DNA of 64,000 bases from Candidatus Giovannonibacteria bacterium. GTDB taxonomy: Bacteria > Patescibacteriota > Minisyncoccia > UBA11713 > 2-01-FULL-45-33. The stretch is from positions 586,629 through 650,628 of the forward strand of contig CP066687.1 of NCBI GenBank assembly GCA_016432405.1. Direction: 5' to 3'. The notes under the pieces were generated by a model. The model saw only the letters and a list, made by a program, of their open reading frames with translations, was not told the DNA's origin and did no database searches. Made by a program: the position numbers and the translations under genes. This document shows, piece by piece, positions 9,812 to 19,697 of this stretch (positions are counted from its first letter, which is position 1; each line of letters starts with the position of its first letter).

Positions 9812-10930
9812 TTAAAACTCCCTTAAGGCGAGGCCCACGGCGCTCGCGAAGGCCGCGCCAACTTCTTTTAACGCCGGCTCCAAAAATGCCGGATAAACAA
9901 CTTTTGAAAAGGGGTTCGCGACTAAAACTTCCACCCCGAATTTTTTTACAAACACATCCCCCACCCCCTTAAGCATTGCTCCTCCGCCCCCCAAAACCAC
10001 TTTGGACACCGCCCGGCCGCCGCGCCTTTTCCAATCCAGCAAAAACCTTTCGCCCTCGGAAGCCCAAAGCTCAACTAAGGGCTCAATCACCGAGGCCACG
10101 CCTTCCGTCTCCGGCCGGCGGATTACTCCGCTTTCCCTTTTTAAAATCTCCGCTCTCTCCCAATCCACCCCCAAGGACTGCGAAAGCGCCAAGGTAAGCT
10201 CCTGCGAGCCGCGGTCAAAGCTGTGCGAAGCCCTTACCACTCCGCCGTCGGCGATTGTCATCTTCACCGAAGAAGCGCCTATATCCATCAAAAGCACCGC
10301 CCCGAAATCGCGCTTTAAAGCCGCGCGGGCGAAAGAAAACACTTCTATCTCAAAGGCGACCGCGGCGAATCCTGCGCCGTCAAAAATGCCTTTGTATTTC
10401 AAAATCGTTTCTTTGGGCACGGCAGCCAAAAGCACTTTGTGGAATTTTCTTTTTCCGGAGCCGATTGAAGTTTCGGAGGCCTCTCTGCTCTCCGGCGGCA
10501 AAATCCACCAATCCATTATCACTTCGCTTACAGGTATGGGAATATATTTCCGCGCTTCGTACGGCACGGCTTCTTTCATATTTTCCTCGCTCATCTCCGG
10601 CAAATCCATTGAGGTGAGAAAGCTGTCTTTTAAAGGAATGGAAACAATGGCCGCCTTGGCGCTCACTTGTGACTCCCGCGCGATGTCTTTGAGCGCCTCG
10701 GTAAGCTTGGTGTCAATAAGCCGAACCGACCGGCTGACGTTGCCGTCGCCGTATTTAGCAAGCGACAGCTCTCCATAGGTCTCCAGAATCGCGCGTTCAC
10801 GCTCCTTCCGAAGCTGAACGAGCTTAATGGAAGACGTTCCGATATCTACGCCCAAGAACCGGCTTTCACGCTTAAAAAGCTGGGATGGGTTTTTTAGGCC
10901 AAACTTTTCCAATAGCGACGCGAAATCCAT
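9812..10930 (-). CDS. pilM: Pilus assembly protein PilM
   Basis: Actin-like motifs GVDIGTSSIK, DIGAS, GGGAML, AVGLALR. Confidence 0.93.
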   Translation of the reverse strand: MDFASLLEKFGLKNPSQLFKRESRFLGVDIGTSSIKLVQLRKERERAILETYGELSLAKYGDGNVSRSVRLIDTKLTEALKDIARESQVSAKAAIVSIPLKDSFLTSMDLPEMSEENMKEAVPYEARKYIPIPVSEVIMDWWILPPESREASETSIGSGKRKFHKVLLAAVPKETILKYKGIFDGAGFAAVAFEIEVFSFARAALKRDFGAVLLMDIGASSVKMTIADGGVVRASHSFDRGSQELTLALSQSLGVDWERAEILKRESGVIRRPETEGVASVIEPLVELWASEGERFLLDWKRRGGRAVSKVVLGGGGAMLKGVGDVFVKKFGVEVLVANPFSKVVYPAFLEPALKEVGAAFASAVGLALREF

Positions 10931-10967
10931 TGCTCATAATTCTAGCATCTGATTTAATAATACCACA

Positions 10968-11729
10968 ATGAACGGCTTCCGTGAAAGGATTATCCACACA
11001 TCCCGCCTCATCGGCGGGCGGGTTTTAGACCTCTTTTTCCCCCAAAAATGCGTTTCCTGCTCCAAGCCCGGCGAGACATTGTGCGCCGCCTGCCGCAGCG
11101 CGCTCTTCAGGCCCGGCGGGCAGTGCTTAGTATGCGGGTTCAGGAATAACGACGGAAAAATTTGCCGCGAGCACCGCCTGGGGAAGTTAAAGATTCTTTG
11201 GGCCGGGAGATACGACGGCGCGCTCAAAGACGCGGTCTGGAATTTAAAATATAAAAACAGAAAAGCGCTGGCGGAGCCGCTTGCCAAGATGCTTTTTCAA
11301 AAATTCTCCGAGATGTTTCCGACTGCCTTGCCAAGTCAAGGCGGGGATTTCAAAAACGAAAATTTTATAATCGTCCCTGTCCCGCTCCACAAAAACAAAT
11401 TGCGCCGGCGGGGATTCAACCAAGCCGAGCTTTTGGCCCGCGGGTTTTCAAAACTTTCCAATATCCAACTCCTAACCGGCTCACTTCTAAAAATAAAAGA
11501 AACCCCCGCGCAGGTGGATGTCCAAAACAGAGAAACGAGATTAAAAAATCTGGATGGGGCGTTTTCGGCAGATTCTGAAAAACTTACGGCTTACGGCGTA
11601 GGGCATAAAGCAATTATTTTAATTGACGACGTTTCAACCACCGGCGCGACTCTAATCCATGCTTCAGCCGCGCTTCAGCGCGCAGGCGCCCAAAAAATAA
11701 TCGGGCTTGTTGCTGCGCACGGGGGGTAG
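10968..11729 (+). CDS. comF: Competence protein ComF (Zn ribbon + PRTase)
   Basis: FFP..CxxC, PVPLH..RRRGFNQAE, LIDDVSTTGATL. Confidence 0.93.
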   Translation: MNGFRERIIHTSRLIGGRVLDLFFPQKCVSCSKPGETLCAACRSALFRPGGQCLVCGFRNNDGKICREHRLGKLKILWAGRYDGALKDAVWNLKYKNRKALAEPLAKMLFQKFSEMFPTALPSQGGDFKNENFIIVPVPLHKNKLRRRGFNQAELLARGFSKLSNIQLLTGSLLKIKETPAQVDVQNRETRLKNLDGAFSADSEKLTAYGVGHKAIILIDDVSTTGATLIHASAALQRAGAQKIIGLVAAHGG

Positions 11730-11818
11730 TGATCCCGCACAGCGGGACTACTACCCCCCACGGATAAAAAAGAGGCGGCCGTTCTTAACGGACGCCCCAA
11801 AAACAACTTGCTTTAGAG

Positions 11819-12112
11819 TTAGAGGACTTCAGAAATCTGGTCTCGTTCGACCCAAACATGTTTGCCGTCGTGTAAATAATCCACATCCGTTACTTCGACG
11901 TCGGTCTCGAGGTCAACCGTGGCTTTTGCTCCAAAATGCAGCGGTGGCTTAAGGCCAGTAATACGCCCCTCGCATGAGATCAGCCCGAAAATAAATTTGA
12001 CTCTCTGGCCAATCTTTAGAGGAATGCAATACTTCTCATGTTTCTTTATCAACTTGCTGTCTTTGGAGCTTTCCCCACATATCTCACAATAGAAAACATA
12101 AAACTTTTTCAT
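11819..12112 (-). CDS. Orphan protein (CxxC...H..C, KOW/SH3-like C-terminal part)
   Basis: ORF directly downstream of 12114-12482; SD AAGGAG. Confidence 0.6.
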   Translation of the reverse strand: MKKFYVFYCEICGESSKDSKLIKKHEKYCIPLKIGQRVKFIFGLISCEGRITGLKPPLHFGAKATVDLETDVEVTDVDYLHDGKHVWVERDQISEVL

Positions 12113-12113
12113 T

Positions 12114-12482
12114 CTATTCTCCTTTCCAGCGCTTCCACAATTCTCGTGCTTGTTTTCTTGACTCGCGGTCGATGGCTTCCGGGTCGCCGCCCGCCGCCCG
12201 AATCAAGCGGTTGATATCTTCGTCGGTGTACAGCTTAAATATAATTTCATCCGCCACGGCTTCCGGAAGTTCTGCCGGCTTGACGTCCTTGCCATACTTG
12301 CAGTTTAGGCCAGTCCTGCATGGACCTACGGAGCGGACCTCTGTCTTTCCGGACACCTCGCCTCTTTCTGGTGTCGCCACATAATAATGTTTGACACCGT
12401 CGCATAGTTCATAGTGTTCCATTCTTGGACCAATCGTACCCGATGTATGAGACATGCCGTATTTCTTCCAAGTTACGTCCAT
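12114..12482 (-). CDS. Orphan protein
   Basis: SD AGGAGG 5 nt before ATG 12482. Confidence 0.6.
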   Translation of the reverse strand: MDVTWKKYGMSHTSGTIGPRMEHYELCDGVKHYYVATPERGEVSGKTEVRSVGPCRTGLNCKYGKDVKPAELPEAVADEIIFKLYTDEDINRLIRAAGGDPEAIDRESRKQARELWKRWKGE

Positions 12483-12568
12483 ATCAACCTCCTGTTTGAG
12501 AAAAATATAACCCAAAGCCATGCTAGCACATAGCTCCGGGTTTAACAAGATGCAGGTTTTGCGTAACC

Positions 12569-12601
12569 ATCATCGGGCTTGTTGCTGCGCACGGAGGATA
12601 G
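12569..12601 (+). repeat. Second copy of comF 3' end (IIGLVAAHGG-stop)
   Basis: Matches 11697-11729 at 30/33 nt; all three differences are synonymous. Confidence 0.9.
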
Positions 12602-12618
12602 CGGTAAAATGAAGGCAT

Positions 12619-13608
12619 ATGTGGAAAAAACTGTTAGTCCCGGCTTTAATCGTAATCGTGGCGGCGGGCTTAATAATATGGCTGGCGGGGCCAAGCCAAA
12701 AACAGCCCAAAAACTACAGGATAGGAATTATAAAACCCTCCCCCTCTCTTGAGCCGGCCGTAAAAGGATTTAAATCCGAGATGGCAAAATTGGGGTATAA
12801 AGAAGGTGTGAATTTGGAATACGTCGCGGCAGAGGCGGCGCAGGACAAAGCGGCCACCGAAGAGCGCCTCAAAGCATTAATTGAGTCCCCGGTGGATTTA
12901 ATAGTCGTAACCGGCGTGCGCGAAACGCGCTCAATCAGGGAAGCCACGGAAAAATTTTCTCCGTCGCTCCCCGTCGTGTTCGGAGTGGTTTCCGATCCGG
13001 TTGGCAGCGGCGTCGTTAAAGCCATCCAAAGCTCCGGCAACAATCTAACGGGGGTCACCCCGGCCAATGAGATATTGGTCGCCAAGCGGGCAAAGCTGGT
13101 TTTAGGCCTTGTGCCGTCAGCCAAGCGCCTGGTTATGGCCTGGAATAATCCGAACACCAGCGGAATAGAAAATCTTCGCGCGCAAATAAAAGAGCTCGGG
13201 GTGGAACTTTTTGACAAAAAAGTCAACGACGCGAAAGAATTAGATAATTTTTTGGCGACGTTCAGGCCGCGGCCGGGCGATATTTATATAAGAGCGACGG
13301 ACACCGTAAGCGCGGACAGGGTCAAAGAAATTGTTGAATGGGGGCTGAAAAATAAAGTGCCGGTTTCCGGCACCAACATCGGAGACGCGGAGCGCGGCGC
13401 CTTTATGAGCTACGGGGCGGATTATGAATCAATCGGCTTTCAGGTGGCGCGGCTGGCTGACAGAATTTTCAAAGGCGCCAAGCCGTCCGAATTGCCCATT
13501 GAGCCGCCGGGCAAAGTTGAATTGATAGTAAACTCCCAAACCGCCGAAAAGCTGGGCATCACAATCCCCCAATCCGCCGCAATCGGAGTGAATAAGTTCA
13601 TTAAGTAA
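12619..13608 (+). CDS. ABC transporter substrate-binding protein (putative aromatic amino acid type)
   Basis: N-terminal anchor, VSDPVGSG, GNNLTGV, GAKPSELPIE, NSQTAEKLGITIP. Confidence 0.85.
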   Translation: MWKKLLVPALIVIVAAGLIIWLAGPSQKQPKNYRIGIIKPSPSLEPAVKGFKSEMAKLGYKEGVNLEYVAAEAAQDKAATEERLKALIESPVDLIVVTGVRETRSIREATEKFSPSLPVVFGVVSDPVGSGVVKAIQSSGNNLTGVTPANEILVAKRAKLVLGLVPSAKRLVMAWNNPNTSGIENLRAQIKELGVELFDKKVNDAKELDNFLATFRPRPGDIYIRATDTVSADRVKEIVEWGLKNKVPVSGTNIGDAERGAFMSYGADYESIGFQVARLADRIFKGAKPSELPIEPPGKVELIVNSQTAEKLGITIPQSAAIGVNKFIK

Positions 13609-13725
13609 AATCCTCCGCTGTTACCTCAAAATAACCTTCAGTAATTCAGGAAATTCCTCTTCTTTTTTGAATTTTTCATAATCCGGTTCCCATTTATTTT
13701 TTTAGTACCCATAATTTTTGAATTT

Positions 13726-13813
13726 CGGAAGCGGGAGGATTCGAACCTCCGAGGGGCTTTTGGCCCCTAACGCATTAGCAGTGCGCTGCTTTAGACCGCT
13801 CAGCCACGCTTCC
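13726..13813 (-). tRNA. tRNA-Ser(GCT)
   Basis: Cloverleaf GGAAGCG.../CGCTTCC, loop CT-GCT-AA, long variable arm, GGTTCGAATCC. Confidence 0.95.
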
Positions 13814-13863
13814 ATAACTTCTGTAATTTAGCACAAAAATATATATTTTGCTATAATAACTCT

Positions 13864-14349
13864 ATGGATCCGAAAGAAGACCAAATCGGCAAGATATTCA
13901 TAAGCTGGGAGGCGCACGAATATTTCCACCACGAAAAAGGCAACGACTGGTATTGGTGGACAGGGCTTGCGGCGCTGGTTTTGCTGGGGCTCGCGATTTA
14001 CCAGAGCTCTTTCCTTTTCGGCGTTTTGGTTTTGGTGGGCTGGTTTACAATCGTGCTCTACGCCGTCCGCCCGCCGCGCACGCTGAAGTTCTCGCTCGCC
14101 GAGCGTGGGGTCTTGGTGGAGAAAACCCTCTACCCATGGCAGACGCTGAAGTCCTTTTGGATTTTTTACAACCCGCCGCTGCACAAGGATTTGTCTTTGG
14201 AATCAAAAAAAATGTTCGTTCCGTTCATCAAAATCCCTTTGGGCAAAATGGAGCCCCAAAAAGTCCGCGAGATTGTAATAAAATTCCTCCCCGAGGTTGA
14301 GCAGGAAGAATCGCTGATTGACAATCTCTCCCATTTGGCTAGGTTTTAA
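13864..14349 (+). CDS. Conserved two-TM hypothetical protein
   Basis: SWEAHEY...DWYW, two TM helices, host-like codon usage. Confidence 0.75.
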   Translation: MDPKEDQIGKIFISWEAHEYFHHEKGNDWYWWTGLAALVLLGLAIYQSSFLFGVLVLVGWFTIVLYAVRPPRTLKFSLAERGVLVEKTLYPWQTLKSFWIFYNPPLHKDLSLESKKMFVPFIKIPLGKMEPQKVREIVIKFLPEVEQEESLIDNLSHLARF

Positions 14350-14357
14350 TCGTGTTT

Positions 14358-14429
14358 GTCCCCATAGCTCAACGGATAGAGTGTGGGTTTGCGGAACCCA
14401 AGATCGAGGTTCGATTCCTCGTGGGGACG
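14358..14429 (+). tRNA. tRNA-Arg(GCG)
   Basis: GTCCCCA.../TGGGGAC acceptor; anticodon arm TGGGT-TT-GCG-GA-ACCCA. Confidence 0.93.
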
Positions 14430-14478
14430 TAAAAACATAAAAAAGCCACGTATGTGGCCTTGATATCGGGCTGGTTTT

Positions 14479-14681
14479 TCATTTTGCAAGAGTAATTTTA
14501 AACCCGATGGAGTCGAGTGAGTATGGCGAACTGAACGGATCCACAACTTTTCTCACGCCCGGGGAAATAATTTTTCTGATGCCACGGAGATTCGCTTTCT
14601 CCAGCTTTCTCCGTCCGGCACCAGGACGATACCGATAACTCTACCTTTTTCGTCTTTCAAAATCTCGTGCTTTATCTGCAT
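14479..14681 (-). pseudogene. Short or frameshifted orphan ORF
   Basis: SD GGGAGG and ATG 14681 give 42 aa; another frame runs on to TGA near 14479; hairpin follows. Confidence 0.35.
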
Positions 14682-14831
14682 AAGCTCTCCTCCCTTGGAT
14701 TTAAACAATCTAGAAATAAACTAGCAAATCCATTAAACTTGTCAACCCATAAGGTTACTAAGGTATTTTGACGATCGTTTAGTTACCTTAGTAACTAGTA
14801 ATAAAGCGTGAAATAATTTAAACTTTGCAAT

Positions 14832-16949
14832 ATGGATTTGGCCACTCCTCTTGAGCAAATTTTTAAGCAACTGACGCCGAGGCAGAAAGCGGCGCTGAAA
14901 AACTTGGGGTTAAAAACGGTTCGCGATCTTTTGTACCATTTCCCCTACCGCTATGAAAATCCGGCGGATTTAAAAAAAATCGGCGAAGTTTTTGAGGGCG
15001 AAAAAGTGCGCATTTGGGGGCGCGTTAAAAAAATTGACTACGAAAAAACCTGGAAGAAAAAACTGAACATCGCCTACGCCACGGTTGAAGACCCGACCGG
15101 GCGGATTAGGATTGTCTGGTTCCGCCAGCCCTACATCGCTAAAATGCTCCCGGAGGGGGCTTGCGCCATTTTTTCCGGAAAAGTAGCGATGCGCGGGCAG
15201 GAAAAATATATCGCCAACCCGCTTTATGATATCGTCCCCTGTAGCGTGATACCGGCTTTTTCACGCGAGGATGCCGCAAAACTCCAGCCACTTTACCCCG
15301 CCACGGCGGGACTTTCCTCCCTTTGGATATCCAAGGCGATTTCAAGAATACTGCCCAAAATTGATGTCACCGAATTTTTGCCCAGAGAAATTGTCGGGAA
15401 ATACCATCTGCCGGAATTAAATACCGCGCTCCGCTGGGCGCATTTCCCAAAAACTGAAGACCACGCCTCGGCCGCGAAAAAACGCTTCGCGTTTGAAGAA
15501 GTTTTTTTGATGCAGCTCCTCCGAATGTCGCAAAAAGAGGAAATCAAAAAGGCCTCGGGCATAAAACTCACGGATATTGACTCTCTAAAAGACGAATTTA
15601 TTAAACTATTGCCTTTCGGGCTGACCGGCGCGCAAAAAAAAGCGGTTGAAGAAGTTTTAAAGGACTTAAAATCCGGCCATCCCATGAACCGGCTTTTGGA
15701 AGGCGATGTGGGAAGCGGCAAAACAGCCGTCGCCGGCTGCGCCGCCTACATCATCGCTAAAAATGGCATGCAGGCGACTTATATGGCGCCGACGGAAATT
15801 TTGGCGAGGCAGCATTTTGAAACCTTTTATAAATTGCTCACGGGCATGGGAACAAAAATCGGGCTTTTGACTTCATCCATCTCCGAAAAATTCCCTTCAA
15901 AAATAAATCTGAAGCTCTCCACGCACGTCTCCAAAAGCCAGCTTTTAAAATGGGTTCGCGAGGGCGAGATCCAAATTTTAATCGGCACGCATTCGCTCAT
16001 TGAAAAAAGCGTCGTGTTTAAAAAGCTGGGGCTCGCGATGGTTGACGAACAGCACCGGTTCGGCGTCATGCAGCGCTCGCGGCTTTTTAAAAAGTCTTCT
16101 TTAGCCCCTCATTTTTTGACTATGACCGCGACCCCGATCCCCAGAACGCTGGCTCTTACAATCTACGCTGATTTGGATGTTTCTTTAATTGATGAAATGC
16201 CCGCAGACAGAAAGCCGATTGAGACAAAAATTGTCCCGCCAAAAGAAAGAAATTTGGCGTATGAGTTTATAAGAAGCAAACTTGCCGAAGGCGGCCAGGC
16301 GTTTGTGATTTGCCCAAGAATTGAACCAAAAGACCCAAGCAAAGAAGGATGGATTAAAGCAGAGATGAAATCCGTTAAAGAAGAATATAAAAAACTGAAA
16401 GAAAAAATCTTTCCGGAGCTTGAAATCGGAATCATGCACGGTAAGCTCACTCCCAAAGAAAAAGAGGGAACCATGCGAAAGTTCCGTGAAGGAAAAATTA
16501 AAATCTTGGTTTCCACTTCCGTGGTTGAGGTCGGAGTAGACGTTCCCAACGCGACAATAATGCTCATTGAGGGCGCGGAGAGGTTCGGCCTTGCCCAGCT
16601 TCACCAATTTCGCGGAAGAGTGGGGAGAGGCGAAAAAAAATCTTACTGCTTTATTTTGGCCGGGAGTTATTCGGCCAATATTTTCAGGCGCTTAAAAGCG
16701 CTCACAACCGCCAAAACCGGGTTTGAACTCGCCGAATACGATCTGGAATTCCGCGGTGCCGGCGAGCTTGCGGGACATCGCCAATGGGGCATCTCCGACA
16801 TTGGGATGGAGGCCTTGCGGAATTTAAAAATGGTGGAAGCCGCCCGCACAGAAGCCCGCGCGATTATTGAAGAAAGGGCTTTAGAAAAATATCCGCTTTT
16901 ACAGGAAAAAATAAGGCGGCTCCAGACAGAACCGCTGCATTTTGAATAA
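14832..16949 (+). CDS. recG: ATP-dependent DNA helicase RecG
   Basis: MNRLLEGDVGSGKT, DEQHRFGV, MTATPIPRTL, QLHQFRGRVGRG. Confidence 0.97.
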   Translation: MDLATPLEQIFKQLTPRQKAALKNLGLKTVRDLLYHFPYRYENPADLKKIGEVFEGEKVRIWGRVKKIDYEKTWKKKLNIAYATVEDPTGRIRIVWFRQPYIAKMLPEGACAIFSGKVAMRGQEKYIANPLYDIVPCSVIPAFSREDAAKLQPLYPATAGLSSLWISKAISRILPKIDVTEFLPREIVGKYHLPELNTALRWAHFPKTEDHASAAKKRFAFEEVFLMQLLRMSQKEEIKKASGIKLTDIDSLKDEFIKLLPFGLTGAQKKAVEEVLKDLKSGHPMNRLLEGDVGSGKTAVAGCAAYIIAKNGMQATYMAPTEILARQHFETFYKLLTGMGTKIGLLTSSISEKFPSKINLKLSTHVSKSQLLKWVREGEIQILIGTHSLIEKSVVFKKLGLAMVDEQHRFGVMQRSRLFKKSSLAPHFLTMTATPIPRTLALTIYADLDVSLIDEMPADRKPIETKIVPPKERNLAYEFIRSKLAEGGQAFVICPRIEPKDPSKEGWIKAEMKSVKEEYKKLKEKIFPELEIGIMHGKLTPKEKEGTMRKFREGKIKILVSTSVVEVGVDVPNATIMLIEGAERFGLAQLHQFRGRVGRGEKKSYCFILAGSYSANIFRRLKALTTAKTGFELAEYDLEFRGAGELAGHRQWGISDIGMEALRNLKMVEAARTEARAIIEERALEKYPLLQEKIRRLQTEPLHFE

Positions 16950-16951
16950 AA

Positions 16952-18481
16952 TTATTTCCTGTGTTTCGGGGTTATCCAAAAACCCATATATTTGCCGAGC
17001 ATGAGGCGGGTCTGGGCGTCTAATGCGGGAATCGCGCCGAAGGCGATGATGGTAAACGGCACCAAAATCCATTGTAAAACCATGCTCATCGTCCGCAATT
17101 TTCCATAATGCGGCGGGCGCGGAGGCAGAAGCTGCATTGAAATTATCGCTGAAGTAACCAGCCCCACCATCGCGAAAGTCATAATCGTGCGGGTGATTGT
17201 CGGCAGATTGTACGCCAAAACCAAAGTGTTAAATTCCCTTCCCCCCAAAAACACCGGGAGCCATCCTAAAGCAAAAAGCAAAAGCGCGTTCGTGGACCAG
17301 GACCAGTATCCCTCAACCATATTAAAAATATAATATGCCTTGGTACGGAAAGGGATTTTTTTATTCTTCAAAAATCCGAAGGCGACGTAAGGGAAATTCT
17401 CCACACCCCACGCCCAGCGCCTTTGCTGGCGGTAAACGTTTTTTACGGTGCGCCAAAAAGTCGGCGCCAAATTCGCGTCCATAGAAACCGGGTAAGAAAG
17501 CGGGATGGATTCGTATCGGCCGTCATAGAAAAGAAGTGAATTCCAGAAAATCCGCGAATCCTCGGATACGATATTTGTCTGCCAAAAATCCAAATCGACA
17601 AGCGTTTTAAAGCTCATGGAGTGCGATGAAAAGGTGACCATGCGCTCCGGCCGTTCCTGCTGCATCATCTGCCAGAAAGTGCCAGATGTCGCGACAACCC
17701 GAGAGAGCGCCGGCGCGGCCCAGATGTTATTGTTGAAAACCGGCACTGGCTGATAGGAGGCCTGTACCGGATTTTTTGCGGCAAGAAAATGCCAGGCGAG
17801 ACACTCAAAATACTGCGGATAAATCTGCGTGTCTATGTCAAAGGAAGATACAATTATGTTTTCGTAAGGGATTTTTCGCGGGTCTATAAAAATCCTTTTT
17901 GCTTCCCTGGCCGCCCAGGTTTCATTCCCCCCTTTGCCCGGTATCTCGCCCTCCAGGCCCGCGGAATGCATTGTTGAGAAAATATTGGGCAGCGAGCTGC
18001 CGAATTCAGCCAAAATTTTCTCCGCCACTTCCCTGCCGTGCCCGCCGTACCGCTCCTCGTAAGAGAGCGCGATTATCATCCTCTCCTTTGGCCAGGCACT
18101 TTTCAAAATCGCCTCAACGGAGCTTTTTACCACTTCGCGGGATTCGTTGGCCATCGGGAAAACAACCAAGTGCCAGACATGTTCCGCGCGTAAGCGGCGC
18201 AATCTTTCCGCCCAGTCAGTCCCGAGGTGCATTTTCATCCTCCCGGCGTTTGCCCGCAGATGCAGCGACAAAAAAACGGTTTTCACAAGCCAGTAAAGGT
18301 CAAAAATAATTATAAAAAAGGCGGCATAGACCGGAATAAAATAAGAAGCCAAAAACATTCCCGAAAGCGTCCCCCACGCTAAAGCCCCCGGAAAGATTTC
18401 CAGCGCGCGGTAAATCAGCCGGTCCCTTCCCGCGAGTTCCGGCGAGAACGCTATTTTCAGATAAGATTTTTTATTTTCCAT
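16952..18481 (-). CDS. Membrane family-2 glycosyltransferase
   Basis: GKGGN, DID, SED, QQRRW motifs, multiple TM; probable start MENKK. Confidence 0.85.
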   Translation of the reverse strand: MENKKSYLKIAFSPELAGRDRLIYRALEIFPGALAWGTLSGMFLASYFIPVYAAFFIIIFDLYWLVKTVFLSLHLRANAGRMKMHLGTDWAERLRRLRAEHVWHLVVFPMANESREVVKSSVEAILKSAWPKERMIIALSYEERYGGHGREVAEKILAEFGSSLPNIFSTMHSAGLEGEIPGKGGNETWAAREAKRIFIDPRKIPYENIIVSSFDIDTQIYPQYFECLAWHFLAAKNPVQASYQPVPVFNNNIWAAPALSRVVATSGTFWQMMQQERPERMVTFSSHSMSFKTLVDLDFWQTNIVSEDSRIFWNSLLFYDGRYESIPLSYPVSMDANLAPTFWRTVKNVYRQQRRWAWGVENFPYVAFGFLKNKKIPFRTKAYYIFNMVEGYWSWSTNALLLFALGWLPVFLGGREFNTLVLAYNLPTITRTIMTFAMVGLVTSAIISMQLLPPRPPHYGKLRTMSMVLQWILVPFTIIAFGAIPALDAQTRLMLGKYMGFWITPKHRK

Positions 18482-18537
18482 TATGAAATTAAGAATATCA
18501 AAAAACAACAAAATAAAAAGCCCGACTTGCGCCGGGG

Positions 18538-19065
18538 CTACTGCAAAAAAGCTATGCGCGGCAGCTCAACTTTTCCGTTCGCCACCTCTTCGGGAAGAGC
18601 GACTGAAGCAGTCAAAACCTGTTCGTTTTTGTAGATTACTTCAATCTTGGAAGATTCCCTCAACTTTAGATCGGCGCGGAGCATGGCGTCTCTCCGAAAC
18701 ATATCTTCTATTAAAAGAATCCGCTCCCAGGGATATTTTCCGTAATCGTAAAACATTTCTATTTTTTCCGCGCCTGTTTGCTGGATGCCGCTCCATGACC
18801 CTTTTCTGCCGGAAACTTTTCTTCGCACTAATTTTAGAAGACTGTCGTGCAAAAAATTAATCTGGAACTCCGGACCTTCCAAAACTATGGCCGGCCAAGA
18901 ATCAAACACATCTACCGGCGACAAAACGACGACGGGGCTTCCGGGAAAAACATCTTTGAGCACAACGCGCTGGTCATCGGCAAAACCTAAAAATGGCCTT
19001 GAAGCAAATATTCCGCGTTTTCTGTTTTTAAAAAGCTCGTCCAAATACGTTTTGTCAAAAGCCAT
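18538..19065 (-). CDS. Orphan protein
   Basis: 175-aa ORF with purine-rich RBS and downstream hairpin. Confidence 0.6.
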   Translation of the reverse strand: MAFDKTYLDELFKNRKRGIFASRPFLGFADDQRVVLKDVFPGSPVVVLSPVDVFDSWPAIVLEGPEFQINFLHDSLLKLVRRKVSGRKGSWSGIQQTGAEKIEMFYDYGKYPWERILLIEDMFRRDAMLRADLKLRESSKIEVIYKNEQVLTASVALPEEVANGKVELPRIAFLQ

Positions 19066-19161
19066 ATTATGCCCCCTTCAATCTCCAAAATCTAATTATG
19101 AAACTATCACATGTAATAAAAAATAAAAAGGGTTGGTGATAACGCCAACCCATTACACAGC

Positions 19162-19608
19162 TCAAGAAAAAGCAAAAGAGAAATGGAGCTGCCTGTTTTC
19201 CTCAAGGCACCAAGATTCAGGTATATCCTGTTGGGATTCCCCCAAATCATAAAAATGAGGCAGCCACCTTTCTATAAGTTCTCGCAATGGATCGTCCTCT
19301 GCTAAATCATCGGCCTCTATCCCACCTCCATTAAGCGCCTCCTCCAGTTGATCTTGAAATTTGCCATAGTGTATGCACATATCAAACTCTTCTTCGTCAA
19401 TTGCATCGGTTAGAAGACGCCAATCTCCATCGCAGCGGAGGCATAATTTAAAATCTAAAAATCCGTTCCAAAATCTGCCTTTCCAATATATATACTTCTG
19501 GCCCGGCGCTATCGCCTCGTGGCACTCGCCGCATTCATGTTCTTTTCTGGCTGTCCTTGTTTTAATATCGTAAAATTCCGGCGGATCGCACCCATTACAC
19601 ATATACAT
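19162..19608 (-). CDS. Zn-finger-type orphan protein (phage-like)
   Basis: SD GGAGG; ARKEHECGEC..I.PG..Y...CLRC. Confidence 0.65.
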   Translation of the reverse strand: MYMCNGCDPPEFYDIKTRTARKEHECGECHEAIAPGQKYIYWKGRFWNGFLDFKLCLRCDGDWRLLTDAIDEEEFDMCIHYGKFQDQLEEALNGGGIEADDLAEDDPLRELIERWLPHFYDLGESQQDIPESWCLEENRQLHFSFAFS

Positions 19609-19697
19609 ATAAAGGTTCCTCCTATACAAAGTATACAATTCCCATATTTGCAAGTAAACATCAATGGCAAAAAAGGAGTATTATAAGTATAAGCGCT

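Noticed and set aside
2642-10998. oriC from DnaA boxes at 2642 and 10990
   Set aside because: Isolated boxes inside coding sequence, no cluster, no dnaA or unwinding element
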